This document shows positions 29,036-38,578 of a DNA stretch of 64,000 bases, in pieces. The notes beneath the pieces are model-generated. The model had not been told where the DNA came from and searched no databases. It worked only from the letters and a program-made list of their open reading frames with translations. The stretch covers positions 6,279 through 70,278 of the forward strand of contig DAPV01000035.1 in the NCBI GenBank assembly GCA_002502625.1. Direction: 5' to 3'. Position numbers and translations under genes: made by a program. The DNA is from Euryarchaeota archaeon UBA125 (lineage in GTDB: Archaea; Thermoplasmatota; Poseidoniia; Poseidoniales; Thalassarchaeaceae). Each line of letters begins with the position of its first letter. Within the stretch, counting starts at the first letter, position 1.

Positions 29036-29046
29036 ATCCTTTCCAT

Positions 29047-29862
29047 CTATTTTCGAAGAAGATATCTGTAATAGCCTAAATCACCTTTGATGAAAGCATC
29101 ATATACAGGAGTATTACGAACTCCAGCAAACGTCTCAAAGCTGCGTCTAATTATTACGTTAGTTCCATTTTTGATTCTAGATTGTTTATCATCACTTACT
29201 TGGTCTAGCGCTGAGACTACTTCTTCGGTTATATCAGATTGTAACTCTATTTCAAATCCTGTTGAAAGGAATTGTTTGTGTATAGATTCCATGGTTTTCT
29301 TATCTCTAAAGTCAGTCCAAGCAAAATGTCCTCCAGGTCTTAAAACTCGATATGCTTCTGAAATGAATTGAGACATGTTACTGTAACAATGGCTAGATTC
29401 TACATTGTAAATTATGTCATATGATTCATCTTCAAAAGAAAGAGACATTGCATTTCCTTCAACGAATTGTAAATTTTCTTGGCGACCATACATTCGATTA
29501 CATAATTTAACTGCAGCTCCTGAATAATCTAAAGCTGTCAGAGATTGAGGAGAATAGGTTCTTGCAATCCAATTAGCACCGCCTCCTCTACCTGAGCCTA
29601 TTTCTAATACTTCTTTACCATTCAATTCAACATCTCGTATATTCATATGATATAATTGAATGAACAATCTATCTGATTCGTCTTCTGGATCTAATATTGG
29701 TGGATTATCGTCAATAAATCCATAATTCATGAAACCAAACTCACCCCATGCTTTAGCTTTAGCAAGGCGTTGGTACCACCAACGCCACATACGATCTCCA
29801 ATCTTACTTGGGAATACCTTCAACAATGTTGCAAAAATTCGAGCAGGGAGGCCTAAACGCAT
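29047..29862 (-). CDS. Class I SAM-dependent methyltransferase (fatty-acid/phthiotriol O-methyltransferase-like)
   Basis: FMNYG, IQLYH, VLEIGSGRGGG, NVESSHCY and RVLRPGG.F...D.R motifs. Confidence 0.85.
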   Translation of the reverse strand: MRLGLPARIFATLLKVFPSKIGDRMWRWWYQRLAKAKAWGEFGFMNYGFIDDNPPILDPEDESDRLFIQLYHMNIRDVELNGKEVLEIGSGRGGGANWIARTYSPQSLTALDYSGAAVKLCNRMYGRQENLQFVEGNAMSLSFEDESYDIIYNVESSHCYSNMSQFISEAYRVLRPGGHFAWTDFRDKKTMESIHKQFLSTGFEIELQSDITEEVVSALDQVSDDKQSRIKNGTNVIIRRSFETFAGVRNTPVYDAFIKGDLGYYRYLLRK

Positions 29863-29864
29863 CC

Positions 29865-30455
29865 TTATTCCTTCCACTTTACTGAACAACCTATCGGATC
29901 TGTTCGATTAACTCCAATAGGGCTGTTAGAAAGTGTTGAATTAATTGCATCAAGTAATTCACTAGTAGTTGCTTTAGTTGGATCTCTGGGAGAATCATCG
30001 AGACGTCCTCTGTAAACAATGATTCCTTTTCCATCAATAAGATAAAATTCGGGGGTTCGTTCTGCCCCATATGCATGTGCAATTGTTTGATCGAAATCAT
30101 GCAAATATGGATATGACATCTCTCCAGCTCGGATAATCATGTTATCCCAGTTGTCACTAGAATAAACGATTGAATCGTTCGAATTTATACCTACAAATCC
30201 TAATCCATTTTCACGACAAAAAGATGCAATCGATTCTATTCTTTCTTCACTGGCAACAACATATGGACAATGGTTGCAAGTAAACATAATCACTCCACCA
30301 GTTTCACCAATTGTTTGTTCAAGCGTCATATGAACAGGTTTGAATGGATTTTTAGATGAGTTAGAATCTATTTCATCCATTACAAATGATCGGGCATTTC
30401 GTAATTTAAAATCAGCAGCAGTATCGCCTGGCTCTAATCCTCTGGCAGAAGGCAT
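29865..30455 (-). CDS. Thioredoxin-fold protein (AhpC/TSA PRX-like1)
   Basis: F.CNHCPYV, INSND, YPYL.D..Q.IA..YGA.RTPEF, YRGR.DD and GCSVKW motifs. Confidence 0.9.
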   Translation of the reverse strand: MPSARGLEPGDTAADFKLRNARSFVMDEIDSNSSKNPFKPVHMTLEQTIGETGGVIMFTCNHCPYVVASEERIESIASFCRENGLGFVGINSNDSIVYSSDNWDNMIIRAGEMSYPYLHDFDQTIAHAYGAERTPEFYLIDGKGIIVYRGRLDDSPRDPTKATTSELLDAINSTLSNSPIGVNRTDPIGCSVKWKE

Positions 30456-30493
30456 GGTTGTCGCACCATAGAGAACAAGTTCAACCTAACGGA

Positions 30494-32749
30494 TTAAACC
30501 ACTTTCTTACTGAATAATTCTTCCAATCTAGTTCTTGCTATGTTATTTGTTGGATCTAGGTTCAAAACTCTTCTCCAACATGATTCAGCTCTGTCTAAAG
30601 GTCCAATTTCATGAGCAATGGCTGCTGCATGTAACAATGATTCCATATGGGATGGTTCAGCACGGATGGCCGATTCTAAATCTGCTAATGCTGCAGGTAA
30701 TGCCCCTTGTTCAATATAAAATTGGGCTCTCATATGCCAAGCATTTGGATTATCTGATTCTAATCGAATTGCCTCATCTAATGGAGGTAGTGCTTCTTCT
30801 GCCCTATCTAAGGCGCAGAGTGTTGCGCCCATGGAAATCAATGCTGGAACATGCCCCGGTTTTCTCTCTATAATTTCTCTTAATGCCACTTCCGCCCATT
30901 CCCATTTACCTAAACCCATTAGTGATTCTGCTCGTCTTAATCTTGCTAGATCAAGGTTAGGATATTCCTTGAGTAATAATTCTGAATCTTCTAAAGCCAA
31001 AGAATGATCATTCATCAAAACTGCTACAGTTGCTCGATTTAAACGAGCACGAACATGTTTTGGATCTTGGACTAAGACTGTATCGAAACGTCGCCTTGCT
31101 TCTGGATAATTACCTAATTCCGCTGCAATTAAACCCCTAATATAATGCAAAACATCCTTGTCAGAAAGTGATGTTTCTGCCTCATGAACTAATCTTTCTG
31201 CTTCAGAAATCTCTCCCTGATCTATTCTTAAAAGAGCATATTCAGCTAATATCATTGGATTTTCATTATCTAGACGTGATGCGCGAACAATAGATACTTC
31301 TGCTTCATCAAATTCTCCGAGTTGCCGTAGTGTTCTAGCACGTCCTACCCATGCTAAAGCAGATTCTCTGTCATAAGAGAGTGCAGTATCAAAAAATGTC
31401 AATGCACCTTTAACTAAGCCTCGATCATGAAGTCCTGTACCATCTCTAGCAACATCTGCTTCTCCAAGCACCAATCTACCTTTCTGAATATGCATTTCTG
31501 AACATTCCCATGCACTTGGAGATGATTCAACAAGAATTTTTCTTGCAGCCTGGTTATTATCATCTAACATATGTAATAGAGATAAATGGGCTCTCACTAA
31601 TCCATTATCTGGATTTATGTCTAATACTGATTGAAGTGAAGAAATGGCCTCTTCAAATCGATCGAGTTGCATCAATAAATCTGCTTTTAAGATCCATTCA
31701 GGTTCACCCAATGCAACAGCATGAATGGCTGCCTTCAATGCATCTTCTAATCGATTGGGTTCCTTAGATAACAATTTAGATTGTAATGTCCATGAGGGGC
31801 CATGTTGTCTATCAAGGCTAAACAATTGATCTAATGCATTTAGAGCTCTTCCAGGTTCATTTCTAACATAATGTAATCTGGCTTTAAGATGCCAAGAATT
31901 TGAATCCTCTGGATTTTCTTGGAGAGCTTCATTTACCTCTTCAAGTGCTGAGGCTGGATCCCCTGCCCTCTCTCTTAAGCCAGCCAATAAGGCTAAATCT
32001 GCGGCATTTTGTAATCCTAAGGCTTCCAAACGTCTAGAATCTAATTCCGCATCTGGATCCCCTATTCTGAATAATAAATGAGCTCTTTCTCTCAACAATT
32101 CGGGATCATCTGGATACAATTGAAGCAATCGATCTAAACGAGTTTTCAAGAATGTATCATCTCCACTTTCTCTAGCGATTGCTGCTAATCTTCGAAGAGT
32201 GTTTTCATGTCTTGGGGCAATTCTCTCTGATTCAAGGAGGCTAGAAAGAGCAAGGTCTCTGAATCCCAAATAATTGCAAATAAAAGAAAAATTCCTACAT
32301 TGTACATCATTCCTTCCAAAGAGAGATTTCATTTCAACATTATTTTCTTGAATGATTTGTATATGATTGGTTAAGAGTTCTCGACGTATTGAGTCTAATC
32401 TCTTCATGTCTTCTTCTAATGTAGATTCTTGAAATAAAGAAAGAAGATTCCTTAGAGAAATGTTGAAGCTAGATAATTCAAATTTTGAACCACTAATCAA
32501 AGATTCAATCAGTTGTTGAGATTTCAATAACGTATCTGATCCTGATAAGCGTCGACTTGCATCAGCTTCATCGATTAAATCGTTTAGTGCATTGCTTAAA
32601 ACCGTCATATCGTCTTCAATTAATGCATCATTTGAGGAAGAAGAAAATTGTAGTTGATTTATGCGTTCATTCATTTGTTGTAATGCATAGACTGAACCAC
32701 CAATTACAATCGCAAGTAAAGCAATCAATCCACTTGTTAGGGGATCCAT
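30494..32749 (-). CDS. Membrane-anchored tetratricopeptide-repeat protein
   Basis: N-terminal TM followed by many TPR units (A...L...P.N..AW...). Confidence 0.88.
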   Translation of the reverse strand: MDPLTSGLIALLAIVIGGSVYALQQMNERINQLQFSSSSNDALIEDDMTVLSNALNDLIDEADASRRLSGSDTLLKSQQLIESLISGSKFELSSFNISLRNLLSLFQESTLEEDMKRLDSIRRELLTNHIQIIQENNVEMKSLFGRNDVQCRNFSFICNYLGFRDLALSSLLESERIAPRHENTLRRLAAIARESGDDTFLKTRLDRLLQLYPDDPELLRERAHLLFRIGDPDAELDSRRLEALGLQNAADLALLAGLRERAGDPASALEEVNEALQENPEDSNSWHLKARLHYVRNEPGRALNALDQLFSLDRQHGPSWTLQSKLLSKEPNRLEDALKAAIHAVALGEPEWILKADLLMQLDRFEEAISSLQSVLDINPDNGLVRAHLSLLHMLDDNNQAARKILVESSPSAWECSEMHIQKGRLVLGEADVARDGTGLHDRGLVKGALTFFDTALSYDRESALAWVGRARTLRQLGEFDEAEVSIVRASRLDNENPMILAEYALLRIDQGEISEAERLVHEAETSLSDKDVLHYIRGLIAAELGNYPEARRRFDTVLVQDPKHVRARLNRATVAVLMNDHSLALEDSELLLKEYPNLDLARLRRAESLMGLGKWEWAEVALREIIERKPGHVPALISMGATLCALDRAEEALPPLDEAIRLESDNPNAWHMRAQFYIEQGALPAALADLESAIRAEPSHMESLLHAAAIAHEIGPLDRAESCWRRVLNLDPTNNIARTRLEELFSKKVV

Positions 32750-32918
32750 TGGATCAATTCGTACTTGACCACACTTAGCCGCTTCCCTTTGAATAGGTGG
32801 TATACGCCGATTTTTATCAACTCGGGCGATTGTCCAAACCCTTCTTCAGGGGATATATGACAATGAACAACACCATCCTTCAAATGGCGCGTATATGATT
32901 CAGGCATAAGGTGGATGC

Positions 32919-35297
32919 GTGACTGACTGGGCGGGATATCTACAACACTTCACAGAAGAAGGGTTTAGTGAAGAGGGAATTAGAATCTTGTTGGGAGAAA
33001 ATCCAGATAGTGATTCAGTATTATTCGTTCAAGAAACGCTAGAAGATGCAAAAAAATTGATCATGATGTTAGATAGCGTTCCTAAATCACTAACCGAATC
33101 AGCAAATGGTATGAAAAGACGATTATTACAACATCCTTCTGAATTAGAAGATATTCGAGCTAGATACAATGTAATGGTTGTAGCAACAACCCCTTGGGTT
33201 GCATCGGCTGAAAAAATGAGAGAGCAGTGGTCAATGGAAGGTAGGTCAATTGAATTAGCTGCATGGCTTAGACGATTGGGGTCTATTGATCATAATCCTC
33301 CTAAAGAAACAAGAGAAGTGATCCAAGTAATCGAAAATATTGCACCTAGAGATGAAGTAAGAAGAGCAATTGAAAATTTAGAAGGTAAACAGAGAGAAAG
33401 ACGTGTAATCCTTCAAGACATGATGAATATTCTAGAACGAAAGGGGTGGAACTTAGAATTCTCTGAACATGCAAATCTTTCACAAAAGTTTGAAGAAGTT
33501 TCTGAATGGTTAGAATTGGAAGATCGAATTGAAGCATTAGAAAGAAAGATTTTCCAATTTGAGGAAAGAAGGCCAAATGAAGCTAACATGGGTTTGAAAA
33601 TTATTGAAAAAGCAAGACTCAATGGCGATAGAAATGCAATAAAACAATTAGAATTAGATGTTAATGATGAGATTCAAGATATTCTAGAAAGTGATGAAGA
33701 AATCAAAACTCGATTGAATTATTGGTCTCAAAATGGACTGATTATTACTGATTCGGAAATTCTAACAAACAATCAATTATGGAAATTCGAAGAAAACTTA
33801 GATGAATTAGAAAAACATTGGAATTTAGTTTATGAAAAATGTATTATTTTACGTAATCTTCTTGATAAATCAGGACAGAAATATCCAGATTGGATTGGAC
33901 ATGTTGATTCATATGAAAAAATTCTAACTACAATTGATGAATTAACAGATCAACAAAAACAACTGAATGATAATTTACAACTAGAAATTGAAACATGGAG
34001 AAATTACGGACTAAATTTAGAATTAATTGGTAAAATATTTGAAGGAAATAATGTATGGGAATTAGATGAACAGATTAACGGGTTACGATCATTGGCTGAA
34101 ATAGCAATTTCGATTCTCAATTCTATTGATTATTTAGATCAATCAATAGACAGCGAAAGAATCGGTGAAATTCGCGAAAGTGTAATTCGAGACTGGAATC
34201 TACATAGTACACTTCAATTTGAAATGGAAGAAATTGACAAGATTTCGCGAAGACAAGAACATCATTTAGTAATGCTATACGAACGTGCAGAAGAACTTTC
34301 TATGGACGTCACAGAATCGAATGATTGGACAATTGAAGAATTTGAAAATAGAATATTTGATGCTGAATTAATAAGAAATCGTGATGTAGAAAAAAGGGCT
34401 AAGAAGAATGAGGAATTGAATAAAAATATAGTAGAGTTGTCAAAAATTCCTACCCCTAAAGAAAAAATTGAAAATTCGTCTGACAATAAGAAAAATGATC
34501 TAAATAATTGGATCGAGAAGAAAGCGGCTGATGGGAAATTATTCTACTATAATCAAGAAACTAAACAGTCAACTTGGTCAAAACCTGATGGAATAATTCT
34601 ATCAACAAACGAACCAGTAAAAACTCCCATCAAAGAAGAGATTGAGTTAATCATTTCAGATATCAAAAATATTAGTGAAGAAAATGATGGAGAAATTATT
34701 GAAGGTGGGATTCCCAAAATTCCGGAGATAGAAACTGTTGTTCAGGAAAAAGAACCTATTCGGTTCAGACGATTGGGTGTAAATGGAATCAAGATGCCGG
34801 TTCTAGTTGAAGATGAAACCAAGATGAAAAACGATACAGAATCAGTCTCAGAGACTAATCAAAAAAAGAATCTTAATCATATTCTAAGAGAAAAATTGGG
34901 AATTAATAATGAGAATCCATTGATTGTAGAATCTTCACGAAACAGGGATCTAAGAATTCAACGTATTCTAAGACTAATTCCATTAATTGAATCAAAGTTC
35001 GATTCAGGTGATCAGCAAAAAATAGTTGATGACTTACTGCCCGTCCTTGAGAATATTGAACAATGGATTCGTGTAAGAAGTGAGCATCGACGATGTTGGA
35101 ATGACAATGGAGGAATTGTCCAAAAAATCGATCGCTTACAAGATGTGTTAGATGAAGTCCCTGGACCAGGAATTCAATTGCCAATTGGGTTCGATAAGAT
35201 ACCTTTGCCATCTAAAACAGAAGATCTGATTGAAGAAATTAAGGATTTTTCGATTAATGCTCTAGTCTCCACTTCTGGTGGAATTATCGCATTATAA
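32919..35297 (+). CDS. Large coiled-coil protein containing a WW domain
   Basis: Helical Trp-punctuated repeats; WIEKKAADGKLFYYNQETKQSTWSKP at about 34509-34586. Confidence 0.8.
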   Translation: MTDWAGYLQHFTEEGFSEEGIRILLGENPDSDSVLFVQETLEDAKKLIMMLDSVPKSLTESANGMKRRLLQHPSELEDIRARYNVMVVATTPWVASAEKMREQWSMEGRSIELAAWLRRLGSIDHNPPKETREVIQVIENIAPRDEVRRAIENLEGKQRERRVILQDMMNILERKGWNLEFSEHANLSQKFEEVSEWLELEDRIEALERKIFQFEERRPNEANMGLKIIEKARLNGDRNAIKQLELDVNDEIQDILESDEEIKTRLNYWSQNGLIITDSEILTNNQLWKFEENLDELEKHWNLVYEKCIILRNLLDKSGQKYPDWIGHVDSYEKILTTIDELTDQQKQLNDNLQLEIETWRNYGLNLELIGKIFEGNNVWELDEQINGLRSLAEIAISILNSIDYLDQSIDSERIGEIRESVIRDWNLHSTLQFEMEEIDKISRRQEHHLVMLYERAEELSMDVTESNDWTIEEFENRIFDAELIRNRDVEKRAKKNEELNKNIVELSKIPTPKEKIENSSDNKKNDLNNWIEKKAADGKLFYYNQETKQSTWSKPDGIILSTNEPVKTPIKEEIELIISDIKNISEENDGEIIEGGIPKIPEIETVVQEKEPIRFRRLGVNGIKMPVLVEDETKMKNDTESVSETNQKKNLNHILREKLGINNENPLIVESSRNRDLRIQRILRLIPLIESKFDSGDQQKIVDDLLPVLENIEQWIRVRSEHRRCWNDNGGIVQKIDRLQDVLDEVPGPGIQLPIGFDKIPLPSKTEDLIEEIKDFSINALVSTSGGIIAL

Positions 35298-36467
35298 TCA
35301 AAGGTCACTTAATACAAAAACATCGATTCCTTCTAAGGTATCTTCATTGACTGATGATGCTAAAATCTGAGTGATTTTAGCAGTTTGAGCAATTTCAAGT
35401 GTTCTAGATGTTACCTTTCCATTAAACAACATTCCTAGTGCCCCAGATGTGTTTTCAGCCTCTGTAGCAAGTTTACTTGCACCTACTGGCTCTGAAAGTT
35501 CTCCATTCTCTAAAATAAAACAGGCTTTATTCTTAGCCAGGGCTTCAAAATTTTCTTTCCAATCTCGAACGTTATCTGGAACTTCGACGGGGGACAAGTC
35601 TTCTTTTTTGCCTAAAACTTCTGTATCTTGTTTATCCAAATCTGCCTTAAGCTTTGAAATTATCTTGGATGCTGTCTCTTTTTGATTCAAACATTTTGTA
35701 ATCACTTTACCCTCGAGATGTTCTACTTCCCTACTTGTTGGAGCTAATGCAACATGAGTCAATGATTTGCCCAATGCACCTTCTAATTCTACGAGAAGTA
35801 ATGTTCCACCTCTATCTCCATCCATAAATGCTGTAACATTCTTTTTCTTTTTAGCCAATTCAACTAACTCTTTGGTAATACCGGCACCCATAGTAGCAAT
35901 AGAATTCTTAATTCCATGCTTTAACAAATTTCGAACATCATTACGACCTTCGACAATAATGAGGGAAGTGCTTTCAACGGCATTTGGACCGCAGGTCATT
36001 CCATTAAAATCAGTCTCAGTTCCTAACGTCAAGACTGAACGTACTTCGTCGAGAATGTTTGAAGATTCGGCAGAACCCGCATTCACGATTTGTATCAAAA
36101 GATCTTTCGCACGATCTACAACTTGAGTTCGCTTTGCAGAGCGTACATTCTCTATTTTTAGAACTTTAATAACTGCTTGACATGGACCTATTCTATCTAT
36201 TGTTTCTAGTGATGCACCGATAACGGCAGTTGTCACTTGATCTATCATAGTAGGTAATCTAATGATACCTTGGACCTTTCCTCTTTGATTTTCTAATTCG
36301 ACATCTACGTGCCCTATTCTTCCCTTTCGTTGCATTTGACGTAATTGTAAACTTTCACCTAGTAAGCCTTCAGTTTGTCCGAAAATTGCCCCAACGACAT
36401 CTTTTCTTTGAACTGTACCATCTGTTCTAATACTCGCTTCAATCACATACTTTGGTTCTGCTGCCAT
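35298..36467 (-). CDS. dnaG: Archaeal DnaG-like primase / exosome subunit
   Basis: KY.I.A.....G.V...DVVGAIFGQTEGLLG, LETIDRIGPC, TOPRIM IIVEGR.DV, F.DGDRGG and EVE.L motifs. Confidence 0.96.
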   Translation of the reverse strand: MAAEPKYVIEASIRTDGTVQRKDVVGAIFGQTEGLLGESLQLRQMQRKGRIGHVDVELENQRGKVQGIIRLPTMIDQVTTAVIGASLETIDRIGPCQAVIKVLKIENVRSAKRTQVVDRAKDLLIQIVNAGSAESSNILDEVRSVLTLGTETDFNGMTCGPNAVESTSLIIVEGRNDVRNLLKHGIKNSIATMGAGITKELVELAKKKKNVTAFMDGDRGGTLLLVELEGALGKSLTHVALAPTSREVEHLEGKVITKCLNQKETASKIISKLKADLDKQDTEVLGKKEDLSPVEVPDNVRDWKENFEALAKNKACFILENGELSEPVGASKLATEAENTSGALGMLFNGKVTSRTLEIAQTAKITQILASSVNEDTLEGIDVFVLSDL

Positions 36468-36483
36468 ATTGATTCCTTCTTGA

Positions 36484-36564
36484 CCAACTCACACAGACTG
36501 TCTGAGACAAATCCCCGCCATCCGGCGGGCACGAGACCGAAAATCGGTCATGAGTGTGACTTGG
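36484..36564 (-). ncRNA. Candidate structured cis-regulatory RNA in the dnaG 5' leader
   Basis: GC-rich multi-stem: closing stem 36484-36494/36554-36564, with hairpins CCCGCC/GGCGGG and GACCGA/TCGGTC. Confidence 0.45.
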
Positions 36565-36658
36565 ATATCTCTGACGGATGAAACATCATGAATTAACCCA
36601 CCGGCATTTCTTAGACTAAATGATTAAAATTTTCATTGATAGCCTTCAAGGAGGATAG

Positions 36659-37099
36659 ATGGTTACGATATTCATGACCGGAGCACCAGAGACACTCAAT
36701 GTCTTCTCAGCGGTGATACGGGTAGTTCTAGCAGATGGGGTTCTTACTCAAGAAGAAAAAAGATTGATAATTGCTATTGGAAGAGAATTAGAACTAGATG
36801 ATGGTGATCCACTAAAGGTCTACGAAGCTGTTCTTCGCGGTGAAGAAGTTGATGGAGGTAGGGAAATGACTCGAAAAGAACGTGTTGATCTTTATCGCAA
36901 ATCATGGCTGACTGTGCATTTTAATGAAGATGAATCTGATGATGAAGCGGCTGTGATGAAATGTCTCAGAGAGGAATTACATTTTTCAAAGGATGAGGCC
37001 AATGCAATTATTGAGCCAATGAGAGAAAAACAAAAGAAAGAGGATCTAGATATTTCAGATACATTCGTAGGTAAAATAAAGAAAAAATTACGGAAGTGA
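36659..37099 (+). CDS. TerB-like protein
   Basis: VLADGVLTQEEKRLI..I...L motif plus a second degenerate repeat (NEDESDDE..V...LR..L). Confidence 0.7.
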   Translation: MVTIFMTGAPETLNVFSAVIRVVLADGVLTQEEKRLIIAIGRELELDDGDPLKVYEAVLRGEEVDGGREMTRKERVDLYRKSWLTVHFNEDESDDEAAVMKCLREELHFSKDEANAIIEPMREKQKKEDLDISDTFVGKIKKKLRK

Positions 37100-37103
37100 T
37101 TCA

Positions 37104-37754
37104 GTGGAAGATCCGCTGGATGACTATCTTTCATCTATCAATAAACGTTCATTAAAAAAACCAAAATTGATCCTTAATCATATTCGAGGTGCATATCCTA
37201 TTGGAATTCCTGCACTTTTAATCAAATCTACCACTGACAGAATTGGACTTGATGCAGGGTATTCTTTTCATCTAGGAACTGCAGAACCTGAATTACGTAG
37301 AATCGCATCTTGGATTTTTACTAATATCTCACCCTCAGAAAAAATTGAAAATATAATAGGAAGATTGTGGAAAAGATTTGGAAGAGAAGACTTGGTATTA
37401 TCTTCAATTTTATTGGCTAATCTACCTGATAAAGAAATAGATACAAACTGGAAATGGATTACTCTAGCGGAATTAATTTCACATATAGAAAAAAAACGTG
37501 GTAGGATTCCAATAGAAATAATGCTTCTACATATTGAAGAAATGGGGAGAGCAAACTGTTCAATGATAGATGAAAAATTAGGGTCTAAATTACTAGAAGG
37601 AACTATTGCTGAACAATATTTGGGAATTTTAGCGATACATCAGCTTTCAAAAAAGAATATTGTTTCAAACTCTATCAAAGAAAAATTAGTTAATATTGAT
37701 CTACCAGTTGGCGATAGTCTAATTCGACGAATAAGAAACAAAATAGTGGAATAA
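37104..37754 (+). CDS. Hypothetical alpha-helical protein (possibly AlkD/HEAT-like)
   Basis: GT..PELRRIA...LW....RED resembles AlkD-like repeats (weak similarity). Confidence 0.55.
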   Translation: MEDPLDDYLSSINKRSLKKPKLILNHIRGAYPIGIPALLIKSTTDRIGLDAGYSFHLGTAEPELRRIASWIFTNISPSEKIENIIGRLWKRFGREDLVLSSILLANLPDKEIDTNWKWITLAELISHIEKKRGRIPIEIMLLHIEEMGRANCSMIDEKLGSKLLEGTIAEQYLGILAIHQLSKKNIVSNSIKEKLVNIDLPVGDSLIRRIRNKIVE

Positions 37755-37793
37755 ATTCGTAACTGTCAAAGACAAACTAGACTTGCATTAACT

Positions 37794-38003
37794 ATGAATA
37801 ACTCAGTAGTTCCAGCAAATGAACCAATTGTTGAGAGCGTTTTAGAATGGACAATAGCCAGAGATGCTGAAGATATTGGAGTTTTGATGAATTGGATTTC
37901 TAAAGCAAACAAGAAAAGGGAACGTGAAACATTAATTCAACGAACGAGAGAATTGTTGGCTGAAATTGAACATGCTGCCCGCCGATTAGATGACTTGCGG
38001 TAG
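37794..38003 (+). CDS. Small helical hypothetical protein
   Basis: 69-aa ORF in a co-oriented run. Confidence 0.6.
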   Translation: MNNSVVPANEPIVESVLEWTIARDAEDIGVLMNWISKANKKRERETLIQRTRELLAEIEHAARRLDDLR

Positions 38004-38011
38004 GTGATTTA

Positions 38012-38578
38012 ATCCAAGGATTAATTTTAGCTGGAGGCCTATCTACTCGAATGGGTTCTGATAAAGCCAGTCTTCTTCTAGATGAGAAAATGTTGATCGA
38101 GATTGTTGTTGATAATCTCCAAGAAGGAGGTTTTTCTCAAATTGTTGTGTCTGTAAGAGATTCTAAACAATCAGAATGGATAAAAAATATTTTTAAAAAT
38201 AATGTCAGGACAGTGATTGATTCACATGATTCAAATGGGATTTGGGATGTGCTAAAATTTTCACTTCCTAGTAATGAAATTGTACAAATTATCTCTGTTG
38301 ATTCTCCGTGGTTTGATGGTAAATCTATACGACAATTAACAAATATTTTGAAGAAGAATCAAGAAAAAATAGGGGTTGTTCCCTGGAGTAAAGATGGTCC
38401 TGAACCATTGTTAATGCAAGTAAACTCATCAAATTTATTAGAAATAATGTCAAATTCAAAACCAATGCCATTAAGAAAATTTGTAGATTCTAATAATTTT
38501 AGAAAATTAAACTGGAAAGAATTGACAAATCCAAATGCTCTGAAAAACCTCAATTATCCAGATGATTTTCCAAACTAA
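38012..38578 (+). CDS. mobA: Molybdenum cofactor guanylyltransferase MobA-like NTP transferase (probable non-canonical start)
   Basis: In-frame GLILAGGLSTRMGSDKA begins upstream of the first ATG (38051); also VD.P, EPL and NLN.P.D motifs. Confidence 0.75.
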   Translation: MQGLILAGGLSTRMGSDKASLLLDEKMLIEIVVDNLQEGGFSQIVVSVRDSKQSEWIKNIFKNNVRTVIDSHDSNGIWDVLKFSLPSNEIVQIISVDSPWFDGKSIRQLTNILKKNQEKIGVVPWSKDGPEPLLMQVNSSNLLEIMSNSKPMPLRKFVDSNNFRKLNWKELTNPNALKNLNYPDDFPN

